Shown here one piece after another: positions 1 through 12,547 of a stretch of DNA of 64,000 nt. The stretch comes from Elsinoe ampelina (lineage: Eukaryota): the NCBI GenBank assembly GCA_010093995.1, contig ML992504.1, forward strand, positions 1 through 64,000, in the 5' to 3' direction. A program made the translations under genes and the position numbers. Every line of letters starts with the position of its first letter. Positions within the stretch are counted from its first letter, which is position 1. Below the pieces are notes generated by a model. That model searched no databases. It was not told where the DNA came from and saw only the letters and a program-made list of their open reading frames with translations.

Positions 1-95
1 AACCCTAACCCTAACCCTAACCCTAACCCTAACCCTAACCCTAACCCTAACCCTAACCCTAACCCTAACCCTAACCCTAACCCTAACCCTAACCC
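1..95 (-). repeat. Telomeric repeat array (CCCTAA)n / (TTAGGG)n, about 16 units; chromosome end
   Basis: Perfect AACCCT units from base 1 to 95 at the very start of the window, in the C-rich orientation expected for a left chromosome end. Confidence 0.98.
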
Positions 96-97
96 AA

Positions 98-365
98 AGT
101 ATATACTCTAGTATATACTCTAGTATATAATCTAGTATACTAGCTAGTAGATATACTAGTATATACTCTAGCTTATACTTTAGCTTATACCTTCTCTTCG
201 ATTCTAATATACTAGCTAGTAGATACTCTAGTATATATCCTAGTATATATACTAGTATATATCTTAGTATATATCTTATTATATATCCTAGTATATATTC
301 TAGTATATACCTTAGTATATATTCTAGTATATACTTCCCTTTAAATTTTAGTATACTAGCTAGTA
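98..365. repeat. Telomere-adjacent degenerate 12-bp tandem repeat (AGTATATACTCT-like)
   Basis: agtatatactct agtatatactct agtatataatct agtatactagct... continues with substitutions to about 365. Confidence 0.8.
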
Positions 366-3300
366 GGTATAAGCGTAGATAAATCTAATAAAGTAGTATA
401 GTAATAGAATTATATCTTCGAGAATAGATTAGTAATCCTTATATAAGTAGCTTATAGTAAGGCCTCTATTCTTACTAAGAAGAGAGTACTCTATCTCTAG
501 AATTCTATCTTATTCTACTTCTAAGTTGTTTATCCTTATCTAATAAGTATATAGTATTATTTTGCCTATTATATACTTCTCTTTATTTGTGTTATACTTA
601 AGAGTTTCTTTTATGTCTTTATAGCCTTTTCTTTTATATCTCTCTAGCTTCTCTTTTATACCTTAGTAGCTTCTCTTTTACCTCTTTACTTCTTCTTTTC
701 TTTCTCTTTCTTCTTCTCTTCTTTCTTTCTCTTTATTTTCTTTTATAAGCTATTATCTCTATAGAGATATTTAGTCCTTTACTTACTAGTACCTCTTATC
801 TTTAAGACTTCTCTCTAACCTATTTAACTTACTATAGCTATAACCTACTAAGTAGCTAAGGTATAAGCCTAATAGGCTCTCTAATCTATCTATACTACTA
901 TAGTAGGTAGCTTTACTACTAACACTAACGATATAAACTAAGATATTTATAACATTCTATATGTAATTTAAGATATACTTAATACTACTAGCCTCGCTAT
1001 CTAGAGCTAGGGCAATTTCCTTATTACTAAGCTAATTTGTTTTAAGAATACTACTATAAAGGCCTATAAGTATAGTAAGAACACTAGAGTCTCTACTTCT
1101 ATTAACCTAGTCTTTATAGATAGTTATACCTTTTCTACTACTAGTAACGCCTAGAATTAAACTATTAGAGCTAGATCTCTTCTACTAGTAATAGCTATTA
1201 TTTATATATATCTAGGTAGTATAGTTATATATACTAATAACACCTAGTATACTATTCTTCTTGTCTTTTAGAAAACTAATAGTTATACTATCTATTCTAT
1301 CTTTAATACTAAGATAGCTTTAGATTCTAATACTATACCTACTCTTAGGAATATCTATTATAGTTAGTTATAGGGAGTATTACTTACCTTTAATACTGCC
1401 TAGAAGTTAGAACTAAGCTCTAATCTTACCTACGTTACTAGCGGCAGCTTTTAAGAATAATAATAGTACCTTATATAGATCTTTTACGCTCTACTTAACA
1501 TTACTAAGATTCTTATTATATATTAAGATACTTAAAGCTTGCTCGATGTAGCTAACACTTATAATTAGAAAGTGAATTATAGTATAGCTAGGTAAAGAAT
1601 ACTTATTCTCTAGAGAGAGAGAAAGAATATTTATAAATTAGATAGTATATATAGATAAGAAGCTAATAAAGGCAAAAGAGGCTAAGGAAAAATATAGTAG
1701 ATACTAATCCTAAGGAAAGATAGATATACTAATCCTAATAGAAGATAGATAAGAAAGAGCTATTACTACTCTAAGGTAAAGTCTACCTATAATAGAGTAA
1801 GTATATAATAAAAAGCTAAAGATTTAGTTATAGCCTACTCTAGAAACATAATTATAAAGTAGAGAGACTATATAACAGGCCTTAAACTATATTTAGGATG
1901 TAGTATTTAGAAAGGATACTAGTAAGACTATAAAGAATCTTTAAAATTAAGCTACTCTTAGTAGAAATTCTAACCTCTCGACTAAATAGCTTAAGAATAG
2001 AAATATTTTTCTTCTATCTCTAATTCTATAGTAAAAAGGCTATTTATTAATATTATTTTTGTTATATTCTATAGAATACATTAGATATAAACAATAATTA
2101 AAAAAAAGAAAGATTTCCCTAAGAGAAGTATAATTTCTTCTCTTACTACTAGGTATAATATACTTCTTAACCTATCTTTCTACCCTTTATATAACTATCT
2201 ATAGTAGTAGGAATATTAAGTCCTTTATACATACATATACTATATCTAACTACTATAGTGCTTTTCTTTGTTTACTTATCTAGTAAGTCTATAGTATTAT
2301 CTAAAATATAAATAAAGAGTAAGTAATTTATCTCTTATATCCTTACCTTCTATTTCTTTCTCTTTCTTTTACTTATATATACTTCTACTACTTATACTTA
2401 CCTTTATTTTAATTGTTAATCTTATTATATTAATACTAATAATAATACTAGTAGCTATCTTTAGAAGGAGTAATACCTAAGTTTAGAACTCTCCTAGTAA
2501 CCTAATAACCTAATAGACCTAGATTATACTTAACTATCTTATCTATCTTATTAATAGTAGTAGTAAGTGTTTCTAACTAGGAGATATTATAGTAATACTA
2601 ATAATAGGTATAGTCTATACTACTCTTTATATAAGTAATATAAATATATAATCTCTTATTAATATCTTTACCTTTATCTATGCCTATAGAGGAAGTAACT
2701 AATTATAGGCGCTCTTTTCTAGACAGAACTTGTTATTTATAAATAGTACTCTTAATAATTAGTATAGTTATCTACTAACATTAAGAACTTCTTTAGGTAG
2801 TACTATTACTATAGCTCTCTTAAATCGTAATTATATTCTAGCGTTATAGGTATATACTACTATTAGTAGAAGAGTTAATACTGTCCCTTATAACTGCTAT
2901 AGTTATAATAATAGCTATATAGATTAGTATATTACCTTCCTTAGACTTTTTAATAGAGAGTATATAAACTATCTCCTATCTAACTACTATAATAGCTATA
3001 CCTATACTAGCTAACCTTAAGCTGCCTCTACCTCTTAAGTTGCCTTTGCCTCTATAGTATAACCTAGCTAAGCGCCTATTTAAACTTAGAATAGGCCTAG
3101 CCCTAGGATAGTACTCTTTCCCTTAGCTAATTTTAACCTTTCTAGGAGGCCTTCTACCTTCTCTAGCTCTAGTACTACTAACTTCTAAACTACTCTCGAC
3201 TCTATAGCTACTAACGTCCTTAACCTAGGCTTTATAAATTTGTTTTCTAGTATAGTAGTTATAATAGATATATACTTTCTAGCCTTAGTATTACCCTAGA

Positions 3301-3694
3301 GGTTCGATGCTTAAGTTTCTAATTACTAAGTTATATTAAACAACTAAGTTACTAAACTTTAATAATAGGTTTAATAGGTAGCTATTAACGTAGCTAATAG
3401 TAGAGATATTACTCTTCTAGTTTTCTTTATGTTTAAGTAGAACAATAGGAGAAATAGTTAATATAGGTAAAGCAAAGGTAATAATTAGCCTAGTAGCTAG
3501 GCCTATTCCTTATTTATTATATATATTATGATTTATGTCCTTCTATTACATATAGTGTTTAATAATAGTAACACTATACTACTATTAAATACTATATCTT
3601 TTTAGCCTAGTAGTAGAATCTATTTTGTAATTCTCTCTCTTAATCTTATAGTAGTAGTTTAATTCTAGCTTAAGTTAATAAATTTAGAATAATT

Positions 3695-3945
3695 TTTTTA
3701 GTCCTTATTATAGATAGCTTTAGCATAATAGCTAGCTTTAGTATTATAGCTAGTTTTAACACTATAGACAGCTTTAATACTATAGACAGCTTTAACACTA
3801 TAGATAGCTTTAATACTATAGATAGCTTTAATATTATTATAGACAGCCCTAATACCCTAGCTAGCTCTAACACTATAGATAGCTTTAATATTATTATAGA
3901 TAGCTCTAATACTCTAGCTAGCTCTAACACTATAGCTAGCTTTAA
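3695..3945. repeat. 18-bp minisatellite (TATAGATAGCTTTAATAC-like)
   Basis: Repeated tatagacagctttaacac/tatagatagctttaatac units. They generate the KLSIVL-repeat 86-aa ORF. Confidence 0.85.
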
Positions 3946-3950
3946 TCTAA

Positions 3951-4060
3951 ATACTTACTAGTCTTTATATCTTATATGCTTACTAGTGTTTATATCTTAT
4001 ATACTTACTACTTTTTATATCTTATATACTTATTAGTTTTTATATCTTATATACTTATTA
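3951..4060. repeat. 25-bp minisatellite, about 4.4 copies
   Basis: Unit acttactagtctttatatcttatat starts at 3953, 3978, 4003, 4028 and 4053. Confidence 0.85.
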
Positions 4061-4169
4061 AGTTTTATAATAATAGAATCTTTATATTAGCTGCTTAATT
4101 TCTTATAATATATATATCTCTTTTCTCTATTCTTCTACTTCTCTTCTTTTATTCTACTCTACTATAACT

Positions 4170-4250
4170 TATACTACTATTAGACCTTATATTATACTAC
4201 TATTAGACCTTATATTATACTACTATTAGACTTTATATTATACTATAACT
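4170..4250. repeat. 23-bp minisatellite, 3+ copies
   Basis: Unit tatactactattagaccttatat starts at 4170, 4193 and 4216, with a partial copy at 4239. Confidence 0.85.
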
Positions 4251-7079
4251 TATATTACATTATACTACTATAAGCATTCTAATAGTTATATTTACTACTA
4301 CTTCTCTTCTCTGTCTTATTTAGCCTAAGAGTAATAAGATTACTATGCCTATTAAGATTAACTCTCTACTAACCTAGTATACTAATAACTAGATAGCTAA
4401 GCTTACTAACCTAGTCTAGCTTATTAAGAGTCTTATTTAGGATATAGTCTAGTATCTCTAGAGTATAAGGACTATCCTCTATAACTAAATTAACTAGCTT
4501 AATACTCTTTATAACTTTCTCTTTATTAACCCTAGCTATTCTTTCCCTACTATTAACACTAACTAGAATAGTCTTAATAAAGGTATATAGTACTATAGCT
4601 CTCTTATTAAGAACTTTAATAAGTTTATAGAGATTCTTAAGTAAATCTAGACTAAGTAAGTAGCCTTTTACTCTTTTCTACTTTCTCTCTCCCTTACTAA
4701 CTATTTCCTTAGACTTAAGGATATTTATAATACCTATTCTTCTATAGAAGATAGCTAGTCTATCTAGAACATGCACTAGAAGTATATAACTATTTCTAGT
4801 AGCTAGGACTCTCTTATTAAGTAGATTATTGTTATTCTTCTTTAGCTTACTAGTTAGAGAGAAGTTAGAATTAAGTTTGCCTTTTAAAGGCTAGAATATA
4901 AGTAATATTAGGAGAGGTAAGGAGGTATAGTAGATAGTAGAAGTTCTTTCTTTTGTTTTCTAGTATAATAAGGTAGCTAATAGCTTAATAGATAGATTAA
5001 GTAAATTAATGTAGCTTTATATAATATAAAGCTTTTCCTCTACAATTTTTATTCTTTATTAGATATTAAACTCTTCTCCTCTATATTCTCCTCTATATCC
5101 TCTTCTACTTTCTCCTCTATATCTTCCTTTATATTTTCCTCTACTTCCTCTATAAGGATAGTAGACCTCTCTACTCTATCTCTTTCTATCTTTACTATCT
5201 CTTCTCTACTTTCTATAATAGCTTTAGTAAAGTTATACTTTATATCTTATATATAATATCTATAGTTAATGTAAATATCCTCTCTAGAAGCTATCTATAC
5301 TATATTATAAAGATAAGAGATAAGCTATTAGATAGTAGCCTTCCTTGTCTCTTTATAACTATACTTCTCTTTATTCTATACTACTATCCTTCTACTCTTT
5401 CTCTTAATAGAATTAGAGTCTAATAATTTATTATTACTATCTATTCTCCTAATACTATCTAATAAAGGTTAGAGATTAGAATAGCTTTAAATCTTAGAGC
5501 TAGTAGTCTTCTCTCTCTTTCTTTTCTCTCTTACTTACTTCTTTTCTTACTCTTTTCTCTTGTTCTTTCTCTTTCTTTTCCCCTTCTCTAGCTAGCTTAG
5601 AACTGTCTCTTAACTACTCTCTCCTACCCTAAATATAATCTAATCTTTAGGAATGTCTATAGTAAACTTACCTTAGGTTAGTTATAAAGCTTTCTAAGTT
5701 AAAAACTCTCTTACTAGCTTTAAAGCTTAATAGATATTACTAGTAGTAACCTAGTCTTACCTACTTACCCTTATCCTAGTAGCCTTTCTAATTTAAGAAT
5801 CTATCCTCTTTATAATAGCCTCTCTCTATTTAAGAGTAGCTTTATCTAGAGATAGATCTACCTTTATATTTCTAGTAAGTGCCTTAAGGATAGACTTACT
5901 TAGATTCTCTACCTTTTCTACTTACTTACTTTATTTCTTAGGAGATAGTAACTCCCTCGGAATTTTCTATAGCTAATCTAGGCTCTAACTCTCTATAATA
6001 ATATTTCTAAAATGCTTCCTATCCCTCTATATAGATACTCTAAGTATAAGTAAAAGCTTGCTTAATTACTCTTATAGGAGACCTTAAAGTAGACTATCTA
6101 TACTTCTCTATACTTTCTTCTTCTTTGTCTTCTATACCTAATAGTGTATTATATACTTCTATATAAGTACTATATCTTTACTCGAGGTTAGAGTAGTATT
6201 AGTTAGCCTAGATATAATATCTCTAACAACTTAAGCCTTTATCTAACCCCTAGTATCTCTTTCTAGAATCTCCTATAGACTAGTACTATTAGAAGAAACC
6301 TCTTAAAGCTATACCTTAACCTATTCGAAGTTAAGGCTATTAATGTACTTTAGTGTTTTTAGCTATTCTTATTAGCTAGTAGCCTAGGTCTTAATAGAAT
6401 AGAATATATAAAGGTTCTTCTTATATCTTTAAGACTTGTTTCTATACTATTTTAGTTGTCCTCTATAGCTTTAAGCTATAGAGAGATTAAAATACAAAGT
6501 TTTAGAATAAAGAGTAAATAATTTAATCTCTAAATAATAGTTTATAACTATAGTATAGTAATAGTATTTACATTTATAAAGTTAAATAAATAGTTTAGAG
6601 TAGCTTTACTAAGCTTAGAGCGCTCTATTTCTACTAGTTTATCTCTATAAAGTGTCTATTATATATAGTAGTAGTTCTTCCTCTATAAATTATAGAAACT
6701 TTATTCTAAATATTTCTAACTTAATATAGTTTTTAAGCTATTATAACTACTTATATTTTGTTAATTCTAGACTTTTTATATTAATAACTAGAACTTAATT
6801 TAGATGTTCTTTAAACTAGTACTAATTTTAAGTTAGAAATTATTTAGGAATATAATTAGACTCTAGGTCTTAAAAAAAACTAGACTCTACTCTCTTAGAG
6901 TTATTTCCTTATATACAAATTTTTCTTACTTTAATTAGACTTAGCCTAGGTCTAATTTAGTATTCTAGGTAGGTTAAACTAAGTACTCTTTAATAACTTT
7001 ACTAGTTTATAATTAATTTAGATAGTTATTATCTTAATCTATTACTATTTAGAAGTTCTCTAACTTAGCTATCTTTTAG

Positions 7080-7294
7080 NNNNNNNNNNNNNNNNNNNNN
7101 NNNNNNNNNNNNNNNNNNNNNNNNNNNNNNNNNNNNNNNNNNNNNNNNNNNNNNNNNNNNNNNNNNNNNNNNNNNNNNNNNNNNNNNNNNNNNNNNNNNN
7201 NNNNNNNNNNNNNNNNNNNNNNNNNNNNNNNNNNNNNNNNNNNNNNNNNNNNNNNNNNNNNNNNNNNNNNNNNNNNNNNNNNNNNNNNNNNNNN
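7080..7294. other. Assembly gap (215 N)
   Basis: Run of n characters. Confidence 1.
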
Positions 7295-10200
7295 TTTATA
7301 TTTATATACTTATTAGTCTTTACCTTTATATACTTACTTATCTTTACCTTTATAGGCTTACTTATCTTTACCTTTATAGGCTTACTTCTTCTTCTAAGAT
7401 ATATATACTTTCTCTCTCTTCTTTAGAACTTTCTTTCTTTTATCTTACTCTATACTAACCTATAGCTATTTTATCTTCTACTTTATTATATCTAATTTAT
7501 ATATCTTAGCTTTTACTCCTATACTAGTACTACTATAGACTCTACTACTTACTTTATTAGTAGTTCTACTAGCTCTATCTAAGTTAAAGCTATTCTTAAT
7601 ATAGCTAAGTAGACACTTACTAGTTAGTCTATTAACTTTAATAAATGTAAGGTTTAGAATAAGCTAGTTTATCTACTTCTTACTCTCCTCTCTTCCTTAT
7701 AGTATACTAATCCTTAGTACTAGGTTATTACTAGTATTACTTAGATCTACCTTAGCTTAGCTATTACTCTCCTCTTCTAGAATAACTCTATCTAGGCTAT
7801 CTATACCTATATTAAAGAGCTAGCTAATATACTTTCCTTCTAGTCTAGCCTTAAATACTTCTAGGACTATTATAGACCTTTACTAGCTATACTAGACACT
7901 ATTTAGATTACTAATAGGCTATCTAACTATAGTCTAGCTTAGTACTAGGTCTAGGAGAATAGTAAGGTAGTTCTTATAATTACTACTCTTCTAGCTAGTA
8001 AGATGCCTTAGCCTAAGACTTAGGTTAAGAGAGAGAAGAAATTAGAGAAGAGAAGAAAATAGAAAAGAGAAGAGGTTAAAGAAGAAGTTAGTTATAGAAG
8101 AAGTTAGTTATAGAAGAGGTTAGATAAGGGAGAGGTTAGACAAGGTTAATAGCTTAATAGATATATTAGGTATATTAAGATAGTTTTAGTTATATAAAGC
8201 TTTTTCTTCTATAGAGTTCTTTTCTTTATTTTCTATTATAGTATAGTAGCTAGTAGCTTAATAGATAGATTAAGTAGATAATTAAGTAGACTAAGTAAAT
8301 TAATTAATATAGCTTTATTAATATTAAGCCTTACCTCTTCTATAAGAGAGCTTTAGACTAAACTTCTTCTCTATAAACTGTCTTTTTTATATAGAAACTA
8401 CTTTCTTCTTTATAAACTTATAGAAACTTTATTCTAAATATTACTAACCTAATACAGTTTTTAAACTATTATAACTCTATACTACTTAACATTTTAAACT
8501 TTGTTTAGAAGCTATTTAATAATAATTTAGACGCTCTTTAAACTAATACTAAAATTATAATAAAAATATTTTAGGAATATAATTCTACTCTAGGTCTAAA
8601 AAATAATTCTACTCTAGGTATAACTCTAACTCTTTTATTATACAAATTTAAGGTTTAGAAATTCTACTCTACCCTAGGTAGAATTTAGTATTCTAGTTAG
8701 ATAATAGATAAAGCGCTAAAGGTACCTTCTATAAGTTAGTTAAGACTCTAAGTTCTATAATCTATTAAATAGTTAAATATCTACCTTATTTAGCTTTATA
8801 CTATATAGCTATCTTCTAATATTAGAATAGATAGATTTAAGCCTAATAGTAGCTCTTTAAATAATATTAGTAACTAATTATATAGTATATTAGAGATACT
8901 TCTCTTATTAGTTTACTAAGCTACTTCTCTTAAATAGATATTATATATTACTATTCTATAACTAATTATACTATTCTAACTAATAAAACTAACCTATATA
9001 ATTCTATTTAGCTATAGAGGCTTCTATAATCTATAACTCTTTCTCTCTCCTATTTATTTTTTTCTACTAGACTTTCTTAATAAGATATATCTCTTCTTTA
9101 GCTATTATAACTTCTTCTTTCTCTTTTCTATAATTAATATACTTCTACTTACTTTCCTATAGTACTATAAAATACTTTTAATATTCTTCTAATTTAAAGA
9201 AAGTCTATACCTATATACTATACTAATACTTAAGTATATCTCTATTCTACTTCTACTTATATATCTTATAGTAATACTTACTAATTTAATTCTAATTAGT
9301 ACTTAAATTCTTATACTTATCTTTCTTATATATAAATACTTAGAGTAGTATACTTAGATATAGAAATACTAGTCCTAGTAGTTCTAGAAGTAAGATATTT
9401 CTTAGGCCTACTACTTTATACTATAAATATTTCTATAGTATTTTTTTTCTATTTATACTAGTACTAACGTAATACTACTTTAGATAGTATACTAATCCTC
9501 GAATAGCTATTTTATATATAGTATAAATAACTACTTTAAATTATACTTTATAATAGAGAATCTCGTAAGTATTTTTAAGTATAAGAGATACTATATAATA
9601 TTCTATTTTTACTACTATTTACTCTTTTCCCTAGATAATTTAGATAATTAACTAGTATAGAAGTATAGCTATTAATAAAGTAATATAGGCCTTTCTATAT
9701 ATATCTTTTTACCTTTCTATATATCTCTATTTATTTTTTATATATATTATATATAAAACTACTACGGACCTATATATATCTCTATTAGTTAATTAGATAG
9801 AGGTAATTTATCTACTTTTACTTTTTACTCTTTTATTCTTTTTACCTACCTTACTTCTATACTATTTTCTAATATACTAATAGCCTATTACTCTCTTCTA
9901 AACTACTCTTTATATATATAATAATAGCTAGAAAATCGTTTACTTTTTTAGCTAAAAAAGCTAATTCTATATAGTTCTACTCTTTATTATCTTCTCTAAG
10001 CTATCTAGATAGAGATATTATTCTTTACTAGTAAGATTCTTCTACTATATAAGAATAGAATAATCTTCTCTATTAAGCTAAATCTAGTAATCTATAAGTA
10101 TAATTAGAACTTATAACCTCTACTATTATTAAAACTAAACTCTAACGCTATTACTATTAAGACTAGCTAGATTATACCTTACTAAACTATCTCTAAGCTT

Positions 10201-11904
10201 TAGGTACTAATCTTACTTATATAGATACTACTACTTATATACTAAACAAATTAGCTAATACTATAGAGTAAGCTTCTATTATATCTACTCTTATCTAGTA
10301 GTATATCTAACTTTACTAATTATAGGAGATATATAATAATCTAGCTCTTTATTCTACTAAGTCTTTTCTTACTAATCTTAACTAGAACGCTCTTATAAAG
10401 ATTAATATTATTATTAGTACTTCTACCTAGGCTAATAAGTAGTAGAGTATTACTATTATTAAAGAGGCTTAGGGGTAAGACTAGTTTATAGAAATTCTAT
10501 TAGATCTTCTACTTAATAACTTATCTAATTCTATAAAGCTATCTAAGCGTTTATTAATTTAAATCGCTACTAACTACTATAAAGGTATTTCCTAGGCTAA
10601 TACTATATCTACTTAGTAGAGTTAGATATAGGCTAGATACTATTCTACTAGGTAATCTAACTAATCTAAACGTCCTTACTTAATCTCTTATATCTTACTA
10701 GAAGATATAGCCTTTCTTAATAAGTATTATAACGAATAGTATAGTTAAAGAATAGTAGAATTATTCTTCTTAGAGGTATAAGAAGATTAACTATAGCTCT
10801 TTCTACTATCGACTATAGCTAGTTAGGGAGACTCTCCCTAGTATAGATAAGAAAAGGTTAAGCTAGCTTATAAATATAAATATAGTATAATCGATAGGTA
10901 GTTTAAGAGAAGTATAATAAGAACAAATAGTATAAATACTATAGGAGATAACTCTAATACTAGAGTATAAGAGAAGAGCTAGTTATTAGCTAATAGTAAG
11001 TATTGCTTAAAATAAGTAGGGAAGTAGCTTATTTATAAGCCTATAATAGTAAAGACTATACCTATCTTATCTCTCTTAAGACTTATACCTTCTCTAACCT
11101 TATTCTATTAAGTATCTCTATATAGCGCCTTTAATGTTATAGCTATATTTTAACGAGTTTTTAATAAAGTATAAGCCTTTCTACTTAATAGGAATAAAGA
11201 AGTAGCTCTAGGTTATAATAGATACTATTCTAGCTACTATATATACTTTATAGAGATAGCTTATTATTATAAAGATACTTTCTTCTCTCTTCTTAAGAGA
11301 GTATATAGTATAGATTAGTATATATTACTAACGTAGCTTAATATAGAATAGAATAATAGTTTATAAGATAAGTAAGTAGTATCTTCGATAGTAGCTCTAG
11401 TATATAGAAGATAATAATAACTATACCTAAAGACTATCTTTATTAATTTAGATAAAGATAAGAATCCTACTAAAGATAAGAATTAATCGAGTAGAGTATA
11501 ATAAGGTTAAGCTTACTATTATTTATTAGTAGTCTAGAGATTCTCTATACTTAACCTCTATTCTTAGACCTTAGAGTTAGTTAATATAAAATATAGAGTT
11601 ATATTATTCTTCTTCTAATAGCTCTTAAATATTATATATAATATATAGGAGTAAAGCATATTTAAATATAGCTTAAAGTATAGTAATTAAGCGCGTTATT
11701 ATATATGTTCTTAAAGTTAGATTCTACTACTTAGATTCTACTTAAAAAAGCTAAATTCTTAGCTACACTAAACTCGTTTTAGCTCCGATTCTAGTAGCCT
11801 CTAAGGTCTTATCTTAGTTAGGCTACGATACTAGAATTACGTAACTAATCTAAACTAGATCCTAACTAAATCTAGTTCGTATCTATCTTATATTAGGCCT
11901 ATAC

Positions 11905-12045
11905 TATCCCTCTTATAGCTTAATATAGATACGACTTAAAACTATCTTCTAGTTTGATATAGATATATAATAAAATTATTTTATAGTCTAACGTAGATAC
12001 GTAATAAAACTATTTTATAGTTCGATATAGATATATACTAAAATC
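11905..12045. repeat. 34-bp tandem repeat, 3 full copies plus partial flanks
   Basis: taaaactattttatagttcgatatagatatatac-like units at 11937, 11971 and 12005. Copies differ mostly by C/T and G/A transitions. Confidence 0.8.
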
Positions 12046-12547
12046 TTTCGTTAGGCTTCTAGTAGACATCTAGCTATAAGCTTAACTAACTAAGGATCTT
12101 AGCTACGTATAGCTCGGCACGGGGGTAGAGAGTGTTAGCTCGAGCTAAACTCGTCAGAGAGGAGAAACAGGTCGTCGTAGGAAGGAACTATAATTGTTAG
12201 TGTCGGAAGAGTCGAAGATAAGCCTACTTTAGTAGTCGCGATGTGCGAGCTGGATCGCTGTATGCGAGCTAGAGTACATCAGCGAGATGGCAAGGGGCGT
12301 GCGATGAAGGAGGCCACTACGCGGGACAGGGGCTAACGTGCGAGATAGACAAAGGCGTAGGAGATGAACGATGGCGTGCGAGACGGACAAAGGCGTTCAA
12401 GATGGGACAGCAGGGCTCAGGAGCTGACTGACAGGAAAGGTCATTATTGGTAGATGTAGATGAACGAGCAACTGCATTTCATTGGTAGGTAAGCTTACCT
12501 CGCTATTTATTCTGAGTACATGCTCTCGCGATCGCGTGACGACCATT

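Larger units (their letters stand above)
96..12100. repeat. AT-rich subtelomeric block degraded by repeat-induced point mutation (RIP)
   Basis: Very AT-rich with abundant TpA/TAG/CTA and near absence of CpA/TpG. Only one ORF-track hit in 12 kb, and it is a repeat artefact. GC content returns gradually at about 12100-12400. Confidence 0.92.

Noticed and set aside
3670..3930. 86-aa ORF with KLSIVL repeats
   Set aside because: Translation of an 18-bp minisatellite inside RIPed DNA, with a non-ATG start.
3695..4250. CRISPR-like array
   Set aside because: Head-to-tail tandem repeats without unique spacers, in a eukaryotic context with no cas genes.
96..12100. Telomere-linked RecQ helicase or retroelement in the subtelomere
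   Set aside because: In the stretches I translated I could not recover helicase or RT motifs. An isolated MGIDF-like string near 9200 and an RG-rich patch near 3030 (both minus strand) lack supporting context.
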